In this document: positions 31,084 to 41,354 of the stretch, piece after piece | How positions within the stretch are numbered: position 1 is the first letter of the stretch | Layout of the letters: each line of letters opens with the position of its first letter | Assembly (NCBI GenBank): GCA_965202665.1 | Contig: OZ241841.1 | Coordinates: forward strand, 672,001 to 736,000 | DNA length: 64,000 bases | Origin: Candidatus Spongiisociaceae bacterium | GTDB lineage: Bacteria; Actinomycetota; Acidimicrobiia; Spongiisociales; Spongiisociaceae | Reading direction: 5' to 3' | The notes under the pieces: generated by a model | Told to the model about the DNA's origin: nothing | Database searches by the model: none | The model's input: only the letters and a program-made list of their open reading frames with translations | Position numbers and translations under genes: made by a program

Positions 31084-31863
31084 TCACCCGCCGCCCGGCC
31101 CGGACCCGGATTGCCCGGTTTCGTCCAGCAACTCTTCGATCGCCCGGCGCAAGCGGTCGGGGGCGGAACGGGGCAGGTCGTGCCCCACCCCCTCCAAAAC
31201 CTGCAACGGGGCGCCGCCCAAAATTTCCGCTACGCGGCGGGCGACGGCTACCGGAACCTGGCCGTCGTCGGCCCCCCACAGCAGGCGCACCGGGCAGGAC
31301 AGCCGGGACAACTCCTCCTCGTAGGATTCGTTCACCGCCATAACCAGCACCTCCCGCATCACCCCGGTGGCCGCCCGGTAGTCAGCCGAACCCCGCCGGT
31401 TCCGCTCCGCCTCCAACCGCTCCTCGCTGATCAGGCCCAGCCGACGCGCCCAGCGCGCCATCCGAAAAGCGGGCGACATGCGGGGCCGGGGCCCGTCGGC
31501 CGGGGAACGGGCCAACAAGGGGGCCCCGGTCAGGACCAGCCCGGCCGCCGCCCCGGGACGGGCGGCCGCCAAAACCGTCGCCACCCGCCCCCCAAAGGAA
31601 TGTCCGACCACCACCGGCGGGCGGGGAAACTCGGCCGCCGCCGCGGCCGCTATACGGGCGTATCCGGCCGCCCCCATCGGCGCGGCGGGGGGAGGGCTAA
31701 CCCCGAAACCGGGCAGGTCCAGGCTGACCGCGTCCAACCCGTCCAAAACCCGGTGGAAGTCGCGGCGGTCCCGTCCCCACCCGTGCAAAGCCAGCACCCG
31801 CGGTTCCCCGCTTCCGTAAACCTCGCCGAAAACGGCGCCGCCGGCGAAAACTTTCAGGGGCAA
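31084..31863 (-). CDS. Alpha/beta hydrolase
   Basis: LHGWG, DLPGFG, GHSFGG, WGADD, GH. Confidence 0.88.
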   Translation of the reverse strand: MPLKVFAGGAVFGEVYGSGEPRVLALHGWGRDRRDFHRVLDGLDAVSLDLPGFGVSPPPAAPMGAAGYARIAAAAAAEFPRPPVVVGHSFGGRVATVLAAARPGAAAGLVLTGAPLLARSPADGPRPRMSPAFRMARWARRLGLISEERLEAERNRRGSADYRAATGVMREVLVMAVNESYEEELSRLSCPVRLLWGADDGQVPVAVARRVAEILGGAPLQVLEGVGHDLPRSAPDRLRRAIEELLDETGQSGSGPGGG

Positions 31864-31905
31864 ACCGGCCCTCCCGCCCGCTCCCCGCCCACCCGGGGCC
31901 GGAAG

Positions 31906-32697
31906 CTAAGAGGACGGGGCGCCGGCGACCGCCACGGCATGAAACCCCGCATCCACCCGCACCACCTCCCCGGTCACTTTGGCGGCGAAGTCGGACATCA
32001 ACACGCAGGCCATGTTGGCCACCGGGGTGGGGTCGGTCACGTCCCAGGACAGGGGGCTGCGCTCCGCCCACGCCTCCCCGAAGCCGGAGAAACCGGCGAT
32101 GCCTTTGGCGGCCACCGTGGACAGCGGCCCGGCCGACACCGCGTTCACCCGCACATCGTAGGGGCCGAGGTCGCGGGCCAAATAGCGGGTGACCGAAGCC
32201 AAAGCCGCCTTGCACACCCCCATCCAGTCGTATCCGGGCCAGGCCTGGGCCCGGTTGTCGAAGTCCAAAGTCACCAAGGCCCCGCCCCCCGCCGCCCGGA
32301 ACAGGGGAAGCAACCCCACCGCCAAAGTCTTGTAAGAGAAGGCGGAAGTGACGAAGGCGACGGAAGCGCTGTCGGCGGGGGCGGTCAGAAAATTGCCGCC
32401 CAGGGCGTCTTCGGGAGCGTAGGCGATGGCGTGCAGGGCCCCGTCCAACCCGCCCCACCGTTCCCGCAAGTCCTCCGCCAAAGCCTCCATGTGGGAGGGG
32501 TCGTTCACGTCCAATTCGCGGACGTCGCATTCCCGGGGCAGGCGGCGGGCGGCCCGTTCGGTGAGGCGCATCCCCCGTCCGAAACCGGTGAGGACGATCT
32601 CCGCCCCCTGCTCCAAAGCCACCCGGGCCGTGTGCCAGGCTATGGAGCCGTCGGTGAGCACGCCGGTGATCAGCAGGCGCTTGCCGGCCAGCAACAT
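31906..32697 (-). CDS. fabI: Enoyl-ACP reductase (InhA/FabI type)
   Basis: LITGVLTDGSIA, AWPGYDWMGVCKAAL, VSAGPLST. Confidence 0.93.
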   Translation of the reverse strand: MLLAGKRLLITGVLTDGSIAWHTARVALEQGAEIVLTGFGRGMRLTERAARRLPRECDVRELDVNDPSHMEALAEDLRERWGGLDGALHAIAYAPEDALGGNFLTAPADSASVAFVTSAFSYKTLAVGLLPLFRAAGGGALVTLDFDNRAQAWPGYDWMGVCKAALASVTRYLARDLGPYDVRVNAVSAGPLSTVAAKGIAGFSGFGEAWAERSPLSWDVTDPTPVANMACVLMSDFAAKVTGEVVRVDAGFHAVAVAGAPSS

Positions 32698-32709
32698 TCC
32701 CGGCCCCGC

Positions 32710-34665
32710 TCAGTCCTCGGACGGGGCGGCCGCCGCCCGGGAGGCGATTTCGGCCACGATGTCGGCGTTGGCCAAAGTGGTCACATCCCCCAGGCTCCGC
32801 TTCTCGGAAATGTCCCGCAACAGGCGCCGCATAATCTTGCCGGACCGGGTTTTGGGAACATCGGGGGTGAACACGATGCTCTTCGGCTTGGCGATGGGCC
32901 CGATGGAGGAGGCCACATGGTCGCGCAGGGCAGCGATGAGGGCGTCGTCCCCCTCCACCCCTCCCCGCAGGCTGACGAAAGCGGCTATCGCCTGGCCGGT
33001 CAACGGGTCGGTGCGCCCCACCACCGCCGCCTCCGCCACCGCCGGATGGGAAACCAGGGCCGACTCCACTTCCATGGTGGAAATGTTGTGTCCGGCCACC
33101 AGCATCACATCATCCACCCGGCCCAGCAGCCAGAAGAACCCGTCCTCGTCCAACTTGGCCCCATCCCCGGGGAAATACCGGCCTTCAAACCGGGACCAGT
33201 AGGTGTCCAAATAACGCTGGTCGTCCCCCCAAATGGAACGCAACATGGACGGCCACGGCCCGTCCAACACCAGAAAACCGCCCCCCCGCTCCACCGTATT
33301 TCCCGCTTCGTCCACCACGCGGGCGGTTACGCCCGGCATGGGCCGGGTGGCGCTGCCCGGCTTGGCGACGGTCAACCCGGGCAGGGGCGAAATCATTATG
33401 GACCCGGTTTCCGTCTGCCACCAAGTGTCGACGATGGGGGCCCGCCCGCCCCCGATATGTTCGTGGTACCACATCCAGGCTTCGGGGTTGATCGGTTCGC
33501 CCACCGTGCCCAGCAACCGCAACGAGGAAAGGTCGTGCCGTTGCGGATATTCCTCGCCCCATTTCATGAAAGCCCGGATGGCGGTGGGGGCGGTGTAGAG
33601 CTGGGTGACACCGTATTTGGCGACGATCGCCCACAGGCGGTCCCGGTCCGGGAAGTCGGGGGTTCCCTCGTACATCACCGAGGTGGTGCGGTTGGCCAGC
33701 GGCCCGTACACGATGTAGGTGTGGCCGGTCACCCATCCGATGTCGGCCGCGCACCACCAGATGTCCCGGTCGGGCTTGATGTCGAACACCAGGCTGTGGG
33801 TGGTCGCCGCCCCCGTCAAATACCCGCCGGTGGTGTGCATGATCCCTTTCGGCTTGGCGGTGGTGCCGGAGGTGTACAGGATGTACAGCAGATCTTCGGC
33901 CCCCATCGGCTCCGGGGGGCAGTCGGCCTCCCGGCCCTCCGTCAAATCGTGCCACCACACATCCCGCCCCTCCCGCATTGTCACCGGGTTGGCGGTGCGC
34001 CGCAGGACGATGCAGGTGCGGATGCGGTCGGTGCGCTCCATGGCCGTATCGGCCGCTCCTTTCAAATCCACCACCTGCCCCCGCCGCCAGGCCCCGTCGC
34101 AGGTGATCAGCGTCTCCGCCCCGGCGTCCTCCACCCGGTCCACGATGGCGTCCGAGGAGAAACCCCCGAAGATGACGCTGTGGGCGGCCCCCAAACGGGC
34201 GCAGGCCAGCATGGCCACCGCCAACTCGGGCACCATCCCCATGTAAATGGCCACCCGGTCGCCTTTCGCCACCCCCAGCGAACGCAGGCCGTTGGCGAAC
34301 CGGCACACCTCCTCATGCAGTTCCCGATAGGTGATGACCCGTTCATCCCCCGGCTCCCCCTCCCAGAAATAAGCGACCTGTTCCCCGCGCCCGGCCTCCA
34401 GGTGGCGGTCCAGGCAGTTGTAGGAGATGTTCAACTCCCCGTCGGTGAACCACTTGTAGAAAGGGGGGTTGGAATCGTCCAGCATCACGGTCGGCTCCCG
34501 GAACCAGGTGATCCTTTCCAAAGCGGCCTCCGTCCAATATGCGACCGGGTCGGCGGCGGCCCGTTCCCAGATGCCCGGCTGGGCGTTGGCCTGCCGGGTG
34601 AATTCGGGGTCGGGCGGGAAACGGCGGTCTTCCCGCAGAAGGTTTTCAATGGCTGCGTCGGACAT
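32710..34665 (-). CDS. acs: Acetyl-CoA synthetase
   Basis: YTSGTTAKPKG, DTWWQTETG, GRVDD, PKTRSGKIMRR. Confidence 0.96.
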   Translation of the reverse strand: MSDAAIENLLREDRRFPPDPEFTRQANAQPGIWERAAADPVAYWTEAALERITWFREPTVMLDDSNPPFYKWFTDGELNISYNCLDRHLEAGRGEQVAYFWEGEPGDERVITYRELHEEVCRFANGLRSLGVAKGDRVAIYMGMVPELAVAMLACARLGAAHSVIFGGFSSDAIVDRVEDAGAETLITCDGAWRRGQVVDLKGAADTAMERTDRIRTCIVLRRTANPVTMREGRDVWWHDLTEGREADCPPEPMGAEDLLYILYTSGTTAKPKGIMHTTGGYLTGAATTHSLVFDIKPDRDIWWCAADIGWVTGHTYIVYGPLANRTTSVMYEGTPDFPDRDRLWAIVAKYGVTQLYTAPTAIRAFMKWGEEYPQRHDLSSLRLLGTVGEPINPEAWMWYHEHIGGGRAPIVDTWWQTETGSIMISPLPGLTVAKPGSATRPMPGVTARVVDEAGNTVERGGGFLVLDGPWPSMLRSIWGDDQRYLDTYWSRFEGRYFPGDGAKLDEDGFFWLLGRVDDVMLVAGHNISTMEVESALVSHPAVAEAAVVGRTDPLTGQAIAAFVSLRGGVEGDDALIAALRDHVASSIGPIAKPKSIVFTPDVPKTRSGKIMRRLLRDISEKRSLGDVTTLANADIVAEIASRAAAAPSED

Positions 34666-34795
34666 TTCTCCCTCGCTTGACGGTCGGCCCCGGCCGGGGG
34701 TGGTCCTCAGAATAACGGCTGCGCCGGGCGGGCGGGGCGATTAGAGGCCGCCGGCCGATCCTAGGTGGGAAGCCTCCGGGCGGACGCGGGCTCCC

Positions 34796-36460
34796 CTACG
34801 TCCCGGCCGCGGTCGCCGCCGGGACGGGCGCGGATGAGGAGGCGGCGGTCAGGGAATCTTGGGCGTGGTAGGAGGAACGCACCAGCGGGCCCGACTCCAC
34901 ATGGGCCAGGCCCAGGCGCCGCCCGTAGGCCGCGTATTCGGCGAACTCGTCGGGATGGACGTAGCGGTGCACCGGCCGGTGGCGGGGGGTGGGCCGCAGA
35001 TACTGGCCGATGGTGGCCACATCCGCCCCCACCGCCCGCAGGTCGGCCAACGCCCCCAAAATCTCCTCCCGGGTTTCCCCCATACCGGCGATCAGCCCCG
35101 ATTTGACCACCCCCTGCGGGCGGAGCCATTTGGCCCGGGCCAGCAAAGTCAGGGACCGCCCGTAATTGGCCGCGGTGCGCACCTCCCGTTGCAAGCGGAG
35201 CACGGTTTCGGTGTTGTGGTTGAGCACCGCCGGCCCGGCCGTCATCACCCGCTCCAGGTCATCCGCCGAACCTTTGAAGTCGGGGATCAGAACTTCCACG
35301 TCGCATCCGGGAACCCGCCTCCGCACTTCGGAAACCGTCTGGGCGAACACCTGCGAGCCGCCGTCCGGCAGGTCGTCCCGGTTGACGGAGGTGATCACCA
35401 TATGCCGCAACCCCATCCGGGCCGCCGCCTCCGCCACCCGCCCCGGCTCGTCCCAATCCAAGCCGGCGGGCCGCCCGGTGGTCACATTGCAGAACCCGCA
35501 GGCCCGGGTGCAGACATCCCCCAGGATCATCACCGTGGCCGTGCCCTGCCCCCAGCATTCGTAGATGTTGGGGCATCCGGCCTCCTCGCACACCGTGTTC
35601 AACCCCAACTCCCGCATCATCTCCCCCATCCCCCGGTATGCGGAACCTTGGCGGGCACGCACCCGCATCCACTCCGGGCGCTCCGGCTCGCCGGGCAGCC
35701 GCCGGTTGATCAGAACCGGAACCGAACGGAAACGGTCGGGGGAGAAACATCCGTCGGCCGCCAGCCGGTCCACTTCGAAGCGGCGGGGGCGGCCCTGCCC
35801 CCGGACGAAAGCCCCCAGCTGCGTCTCCCGGCGGCGATAGCCGAAAGTCTCGGCGAAGGCCGGAACCAACCGCTCCACCGTTTCTTCTATGGAAACCGGG
35901 CGGCCCAGCAGTTGGGTGAGGGAAGTGACCGGCCGGTCGGGGATGCCGCACGGGTTCATGTGGGCGAAGAAGTCCATGTCCGGGTTCACGTTCAGGGCGA
36001 ACCCGTGCATGGTCACCCGCCGGGAAACCCGCATCCCGATGGCGGCCGCCTTGCCCCGCTCCGTCCACACCCCCGTGTATCCGGGCTCCCGCCAAGCCCG
36101 CGGCCCGAAGCCGGCCAGGGTGCGGATGAGGGCCTCCTCCACCGCCCGCACGTAGGGGATGATTTTGCGGGCGTCGGCCAGGCGGAGAATCGGGTAGCCG
36201 ACCAGCTGGCCGGGGCCGTGGTAGGTGACGTCCCCGCCCCGATCGATGTCGAACCGCTCCGCCCCCAACTCCGCCAAGCCCTCCTCGGAAATCAACAGGT
36301 GGGAGCCGTCCCCGTTGCGGCCCACCGTATACACGTGGGGATGCTCCACCAGCAGCAGGTAGTCGGCGCGGGAGCGGCCCCGCAACCGCCCCTCCCAGAA
36401 GGCCTTTTGCAGATCCCAGGCCTCCCGGTAGGCCATCCGCCCCAGCCAGCGGACGCGCAA
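34796..36460 (-). CDS. lipA: Fused octanoyltransferase LipB - lipoyl synthase LipA (start approximate)
   Basis: LipB: EHPHVYT.G, RGGDVTYHGPGQLVGYPI, HGFALNV, PCG. LipA: CEEAGCPNIYEC, CTRACGFC, RSSY. One reading frame. Confidence 0.92.
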   Translation of the reverse strand: MRVRWLGRMAYREAWDLQKAFWEGRLRGRSRADYLLLVEHPHVYTVGRNGDGSHLLISEEGLAELGAERFDIDRGGDVTYHGPGQLVGYPILRLADARKIIPYVRAVEEALIRTLAGFGPRAWREPGYTGVWTERGKAAAIGMRVSRRVTMHGFALNVNPDMDFFAHMNPCGIPDRPVTSLTQLLGRPVSIEETVERLVPAFAETFGYRRRETQLGAFVRGQGRPRRFEVDRLAADGCFSPDRFRSVPVLINRRLPGEPERPEWMRVRARQGSAYRGMGEMMRELGLNTVCEEAGCPNIYECWGQGTATVMILGDVCTRACGFCNVTTGRPAGLDWDEPGRVAEAAARMGLRHMVITSVNRDDLPDGGSQVFAQTVSEVRRRVPGCDVEVLIPDFKGSADDLERVMTAGPAVLNHNTETVLRLQREVRTAANYGRSLTLLARAKWLRPQGVVKSGLIAGMGETREEILGALADLRAVGADVATIGQYLRPTPRHRPVHRYVHPDEFAEYAAYGRRLGLAHVESGPLVRSSYHAQDSLTAASSSAPVPAATAAGT

Positions 36461-36492
36461 CAGGGACGGGTCTTCGACTAAACCGGGCGGGC

Positions 36493-37932
36493 TCAGACCA
36501 ACTGCTGTTCCCAATCCCAAGTCTCCAGGTTGTCCCGGATGCGGCGCAGGAACAGGGAGGCGGTGGAGCCGTCGAACGCCCGGTGATCCCACGAGAAACC
36601 CAGGTATCCGATGTGGCGCACCGCAATCGTGTCCTGGCCGTCCACGGTGGTCACCACCTTGGGCCGTTTGGCGATGGTGTCCGTGGACAGGATGGCGACG
36701 TTGGGCAAGTTGATGACGGGGGCGGAAATAAAGGATCCGTGCGGCCCGGGGTTGGTGATGGTGAAGGTGCTGACCGAAATGTCGTCCGGCCCCAGGCCGC
36801 CCGCCCGGGCCCGTTCCCCCACGTCCCGAATCTTGCGGGCCAGCCCCCGCAGGGTGTAGTCGTTGGCGTCGCGGATGGTGGCCACCATCAGCCCCTCCTG
36901 ATCCAGATCCACCGCAATGCCCAAATGGATGTCGTGGTGGAACACCGCCTTGCGCTCCTCGTAGTGGAAGGAGGAATTAACCACCGGGTATTCCCGCAGG
37001 GCGTCCATGGTCGCCCGGGCGATGAAAGGCAGGTAAGTGAGGGAGAAGCCTTCCGCGGCCCGGAACTGCTGGCGATGGGCGCGGCGCACCCGCTCCACCG
37101 CTTCGAAGTCCACTTCCATGGAAGTCCACACATGGGCGGCGGTCTGTTTGGATTTGATCATGTTGGCCGCGATGCGGGCCCGCAGGCGGTCGATTTCCCG
37201 CACTTCGTCCCCGCGGCGCACGGCCACCGCCTCCCCCCCGGCCACTGCCACCGCCGGAACCGGCGCCGCGGGGGCGATGTCCGGCGCGGCGGGGGGCGGG
37301 GCGGGGGCGGGTTCGGGGGCGGGCTCCGGTTGCGGACCGCCGACCGCCCCGGCCCGCTCGATGTAGGCCAGCAGGTCGTTGCGGGTCACCCGTCCGTCGC
37401 GGCCGGTGCCGGTCACCTGCGACGGGTCCACCCCGTGCTCCCGGGCCAGTTTGCGCACCACCGGGGACAGAAAAGCGGCCCCTCCGACGGGTGCGGCCGT
37501 TTCCGGCGCGGCGGGCGGGGGAGGTTCGGGGGCCGCAGGAGGTTCGGGAGCGGGCGCGGGTTCGGGGGCCGGAGCCGGTTCGGGGACGGGCGGGGAGGGG
37601 GCCGGTTCAGGGGGGGCCGCCTCGGGCGCCGGAGGCGGTTCGGGCGCGGGTTCGGGGGCGGCGGCGGGGGCCGGCGCGGGGGCGGCCGCCTCCCCTTCCT
37701 CGGCGATCACCGCCATCGGGGCTCCCACCTGAATGGTCTCGCCTTCAGCCGCCAAAATCTCTTGGAGCACGCCGGTCACCGGCGAGGGAACTTCGGTGTC
37801 CACCTTGTCGGTGGAAATCTCCACCAACATTTCGTCGGTGGCGACGGCGTCCCCCACTTGCTTCAGCCAGCGGAGAATCGTCCCTTCCGTAACCGTCTCC
37901 CCCAGCTGGGGCATGGAAACCGTGGTTGGCAT
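36493..37932 (-). CDS. Dihydrolipoamide acyltransferase (E2) of a 2-oxoacid dehydrogenase
   Basis: Lipoyl domain TDKVDTE, Pro/Ala linker, SPVVRKLA E3-binding domain, DHRAFDG. Confidence 0.94.
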   Translation of the reverse strand: MPTTVSMPQLGETVTEGTILRWLKQVGDAVATDEMLVEISTDKVDTEVPSPVTGVLQEILAAEGETIQVGAPMAVIAEEGEAAAPAPAPAAAPEPAPEPPPAPEAAPPEPAPSPPVPEPAPAPEPAPAPEPPAAPEPPPPAAPETAAPVGGAAFLSPVVRKLAREHGVDPSQVTGTGRDGRVTRNDLLAYIERAGAVGGPQPEPAPEPAPAPPPAAPDIAPAAPVPAVAVAGGEAVAVRRGDEVREIDRLRARIAANMIKSKQTAAHVWTSMEVDFEAVERVRRAHRQQFRAAEGFSLTYLPFIARATMDALREYPVVNSSFHYEERKAVFHHDIHLGIAVDLDQEGLMVATIRDANDYTLRGLARKIRDVGERARAGGLGPDDISVSTFTITNPGPHGSFISAPVINLPNVAILSTDTIAKRPKVVTTVDGQDTIAVRHIGYLGFSWDHRAFDGSTASLFLRRIRDNLETWDWEQQLV

Positions 37933-37961
37933 CTTTCCTCTCCCGTCTCGTCTCGGCTATC

Positions 37962-39347
37962 TCAGTGCAAAGGGCGTCCGGCGGCGCCCAGCAACGTTTC
38001 CCCCACCGCCTCCGACAGAGTGGGGTGGGCGTGCACGAAGGCGGCCGCCTCTTCCGGCAGGGCCTCCCACCCCACCGCGTACATCAACTCGTGGATCATT
38101 TCCCCGGCCTGGGGTCCGACCACCGTCGCCCCCACGATGGGGCCGCCCGCCTGGTTCACCACTTTGACGAACCCCTGGTTCTGCCCGATCATCTGCGCCC
38201 GGCCCACACCGACCAAGGAATGGCTGGTCGTTTCCACTTCCATCCCGGCGGCTACGGCCTGCGCTTCGGTCAAACCGACCGCCGCCACCTCCGGATGAGT
38301 GTAGACCACGTTGGGCAGTGCCCGGTAGTCGACGGGGGCGGTGCGGCCGGTGGCGATATGGGTGACGGCGGCGATGGCTTCGGCGAAAGCCCCATGCGCC
38401 AGGCCGGGGGTTTCGGCCACGATGTCGCCCACCGCGTACACCCCCGGCTGGCCGGTCTGCATGGTTTGCAGGTCGGCGGCCACGTAACCCCGGTCCACTA
38501 CCGCCCCGGTCCACTCCAATCCCAAATCGGCGGTAACCGGACGGCGCCCCACCGCCACCAGCGCAACATCCACTTCCTCCCGCATCCCGCCGCCGCGCAA
38601 GGCCAAGGCGGGGGAACGTTCCAGTTCGGCGGACGCCCCCAGCGCGAACTTCACCCCCCGGCGCTCCAAATGCTTCTGCAACTCCCGGGCGGCGGCCGGG
38701 TCGAAACCGGGCAGAATTTGCTCCATCATCTCAAACACCGTCACCTGGCTGCCCACCTCGGCCAACAGGGCGGCGAACTCGCACCCCACGATCCCGCCCC
38801 CCACGATCCCCACCCGTTCCGGCCGTTGCGGCCAGTCCAAGGCGTGGTCGGAACTCACCACCTGCCGTCCGTCGAACTCAAAACCGGGCACCTCGATGGG
38901 AACGGAGCCGGTGGCGAGGACGACCGCGCCCGCCTCCAGCCGGGCGGCGCCGTCCGGACCTTCCACCGCCACCGCCCCCGGCCCGTCCAGCCGCCCCCGG
39001 CCGTTGCGCACCTCCACGCCCCTCTGCTTGAGCAATCCCCCCAAGCCCCGCACCAGGCCGTTCACTATTTTGTCCTTGCGGGCCAAAGCGGTCGGCCAGT
39101 CGAACCGCGCCTCGCCGGTCACCACCCCGAATTCGCCGGCTTTGCGAACCGTGGAATAAACCTCGGCGGAGGCCAGCCAACTCTTGGCCGGGATGCACCC
39201 CCGCAACAGGCAGGTTCCCCCCACCGTATCCTGCTCCACCAAGGCCACCGACAGGTCAAAGTTGCGGGCGTAAAGGGCGGCGGCGTACCCGCCCGGCCCG
39301 CCCCCGATGATCACCAGGTCGTATTGGCTGCGTTGTTCATTCATCAC
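37962..39347 (-). CDS. lpdA: Dihydrolipoamide dehydrogenase (E3)
   Basis: IGGGPGGY, GGTCLLRGCIPAK, HAHPTLSE. Confidence 0.95.
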   Translation of the reverse strand: MMNEQRSQYDLVIIGGGPGGYAAALYARNFDLSVALVEQDTVGGTCLLRGCIPAKSWLASAEVYSTVRKAGEFGVVTGEARFDWPTALARKDKIVNGLVRGLGGLLKQRGVEVRNGRGRLDGPGAVAVEGPDGAARLEAGAVVLATGSVPIEVPGFEFDGRQVVSSDHALDWPQRPERVGIVGGGIVGCEFAALLAEVGSQVTVFEMMEQILPGFDPAAARELQKHLERRGVKFALGASAELERSPALALRGGGMREEVDVALVAVGRRPVTADLGLEWTGAVVDRGYVAADLQTMQTGQPGVYAVGDIVAETPGLAHGAFAEAIAAVTHIATGRTAPVDYRALPNVVYTHPEVAAVGLTEAQAVAAGMEVETTSHSLVGVGRAQMIGQNQGFVKVVNQAGGPIVGATVVGPQAGEMIHELMYAVGWEALPEEAAAFVHAHPTLSEAVGETLLGAAGRPLH

Positions 39348-39412
39348 GGCCAGTCTAGCCCGCCGCCCAAAGCCGGCGCGTAACGGCCCGGCGGAGCCGC
39401 TAATCTGGGGTC

Positions 39413-39505
39413 ATGCCCACCCGCTACCTGATCCTGGGGGCGTTGATCACCGCCCTGATTATCCTGGGCGCCTCCGGCCTCTGGTTCCTGCAGGCGATCC
39501 TATGA
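39413..39505 (+). CDS. Putative 30-aa single-pass membrane microprotein (not in ORF track)
   Basis: MPTRYLILGALITALIILGASGLWFLQAIL*; GC-ending codons; TAATCT -10 six nt before the ATG. Confidence 0.55.
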   Translation: MPTRYLILGALITALIILGASGLWFLQAIL

Positions 39506-39695
39506 ACCTCCGCCGCCCGACAAAGGACCGTCGTGCCAGGCGGAACGCACCTCGCCGCGGGGGTCGCCCGCTTGGAAAAGGCCGGTCAGCCCTTGCTCTC
39601 GGTTGACAGGGAGCCTTTCGTGAGCCGGGGCGAGCAGTTTGCATATCTGAATGGACGAAAGTGATCGGCTGAATTACGATCTATTTGTGTATTAA

Positions 39696-41249
39696 TTATT
39701 CCATTTCGTCTCGCCATTTTATTAGGATGCCTTCAATCTCTTCTACCAGGGGTTGTATTTTGCTTTCTGATTTTCGAGTTTCCAGGCGGGAAACTATTCT
39801 GCAAATATCTGAGGTGTTTCTATTTAGTTGTTCTGATAAATCGTAGAGTTTGTTTTTGGCTATTTCAGCAGGGCTATCAGAAGCTGAATTGTAGATAGAG
39901 TCCAGCCTGGTCAGTCGGTTAGCCAGGTCATCTTTGTTGATGATTAGTTCTCTTGCCGTATCTTGTGCGTTCTGTTGCATCTGTTGCCAAACCCAGGCCT
40001 CCGGCCCATCGTCTCCGGGAAGGAAGAGCACCGATACATCTTTTCCTCCCGCCTTTTGAATTTTTTCCGCTACGCTACTGTTCCGCTTGTCGCCGTCGAG
40101 GACGAAAACAAAGTTATCTAACTGTCTGACCTTTTTGAAGGCGGCAGCGTGCGCGGGGAATTCTTCAGCACCCGTGTTCCGAATACGAACCGATTCCCCT
40201 CTTATCCTCCGCCGGAGACATACTTTATCAACAATACCTTGTAAAATACCCTCCGCCGCATCATCTTCGCAGAGAAGATTCAATGTGTCGGCGGAACGTC
40301 CATACAGCACATCTTGGACAATATCCCGATAAGGAGGATGAACCGCAACCCTGCCCGTTTCGTCCCTTTCGAGAAAAATACGGCCATAGGCCGGAACCGT
40401 GTCGAGAACCACCGGACTGTGGGTGGTGACTATAACTTGCAGGTCGTTGCGTAAAGCCAGTTGCTGTAGATGAAGCATCAAAAGTTTTTGTATCAAAGGA
40501 TGAAGCCCGGCTTCCACTCCATCGATCAGAACCAAGGCATCCCGCAACTGGGCGATGTCCCGAGATATGCTCAGGATGGCGCGTTCACCAGCCGCCATGT
40601 GCAACTCTGAATATTCCACGCCACTCTTCTGTTCCGCAAAAAGCATATTTTCCTGGCCGCTGGAAAGTTCCACCACCTCCGAATATTCAAAGGGAAGCAT
40701 ATGCTGGGCGAACGCAATCTGCGATGCGTTCAAAGGCTTCGCAATCGGTTCAGTTTTGAGACGCGACATGCTGAGTACTCCCCGTACCTCGGAGGGATTA
40801 CTTAGGTTGCTTAGCGTACGAAGATAAACCCGTCGCTCCGGTTGGCTGGCGTTCTTTCGTCCGAGGAAACTCCTACTCCACCCTTTGTTGCGGCGCCACC
40901 GCATAGCCATCCGTCCCTCCGGCGTCTTATAGTTAAATTCGAGGGTAATCTGATTCTCATGATCTCGGCGCGCGCCGGGCTTGGGACGGTAATCGGGAAA
41001 CAAAGTTGAAGGCGCAAAATCCCTAACACCCGCTCCCGGAACCTTGTAGGCGCAGGCGGCGGCGAACAGAACCGTCGATTTTCCGCTGGCGTTGCCGCCG
41101 GCGATGACGCTCACCGGATAATCAAATCCCACTTCTAGGTCAGCTATGCCTCGGATGCCTTGCAACCGGATTTCCGACAGAAAATGCGGAAAATGAGATT
41201 TTCTGCCTTGCAACTGTTGCCAAAGTTGCCGCAGGCGCCTTTCGGTCAT
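39696..41249 (-). CDS. ABC/AAA_21-type ATPase with C-terminal TOPRIM-like domain (OLD-like, putative defence protein)
   Basis: GGNASGKST Walker A, MAAGE signature, LIDGVEAGLHP Walker B/D-loop, TTHSP, then CEDDAAE and LDGD; low GC. Confidence 0.78.
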   Translation of the reverse strand: MTERRLRQLWQQLQGRKSHFPHFLSEIRLQGIRGIADLEVGFDYPVSVIAGGNASGKSTVLFAAACAYKVPGAGVRDFAPSTLFPDYRPKPGARRDHENQITLEFNYKTPEGRMAMRWRRNKGWSRSFLGRKNASQPERRVYLRTLSNLSNPSEVRGVLSMSRLKTEPIAKPLNASQIAFAQHMLPFEYSEVVELSSGQENMLFAEQKSGVEYSELHMAAGERAILSISRDIAQLRDALVLIDGVEAGLHPLIQKLLMLHLQQLALRNDLQVIVTTHSPVVLDTVPAYGRIFLERDETGRVAVHPPYRDIVQDVLYGRSADTLNLLCEDDAAEGILQGIVDKVCLRRRIRGESVRIRNTGAEEFPAHAAAFKKVRQLDNFVFVLDGDKRNSSVAEKIQKAGGKDVSVLFLPGDDGPEAWVWQQMQQNAQDTARELIINKDDLANRLTRLDSIYNSASDSPAEIAKNKLYDLSEQLNRNTSDICRIVSRLETRKSESKIQPLVEEIEGILIKWRDEME

Positions 41250-41354
41250 TGCGGTTTCTCCCTGAGTCAGCCTGTCAATGCCTACGAGGCTGAGGTTACC
41301 ACATCCGCGTCTTTAGCCTGATTAAGAATAAAACTCTGGTAAGCTAGACGGAAA

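Noticed and set aside
31111-34680. 1189-aa plus-strand ORF and many similar long overlapping ORFs
   Set aside because: Antisense or alternate-frame shadows of real high-GC genes (acs, fabI, hydrolase) with no recognisable motifs
37270-37700. GC-rich short repeats in the E2 gene
   Set aside because: Ordinary Pro/Ala/Glu linker coding sequence, not CRISPR or a mobile repeat
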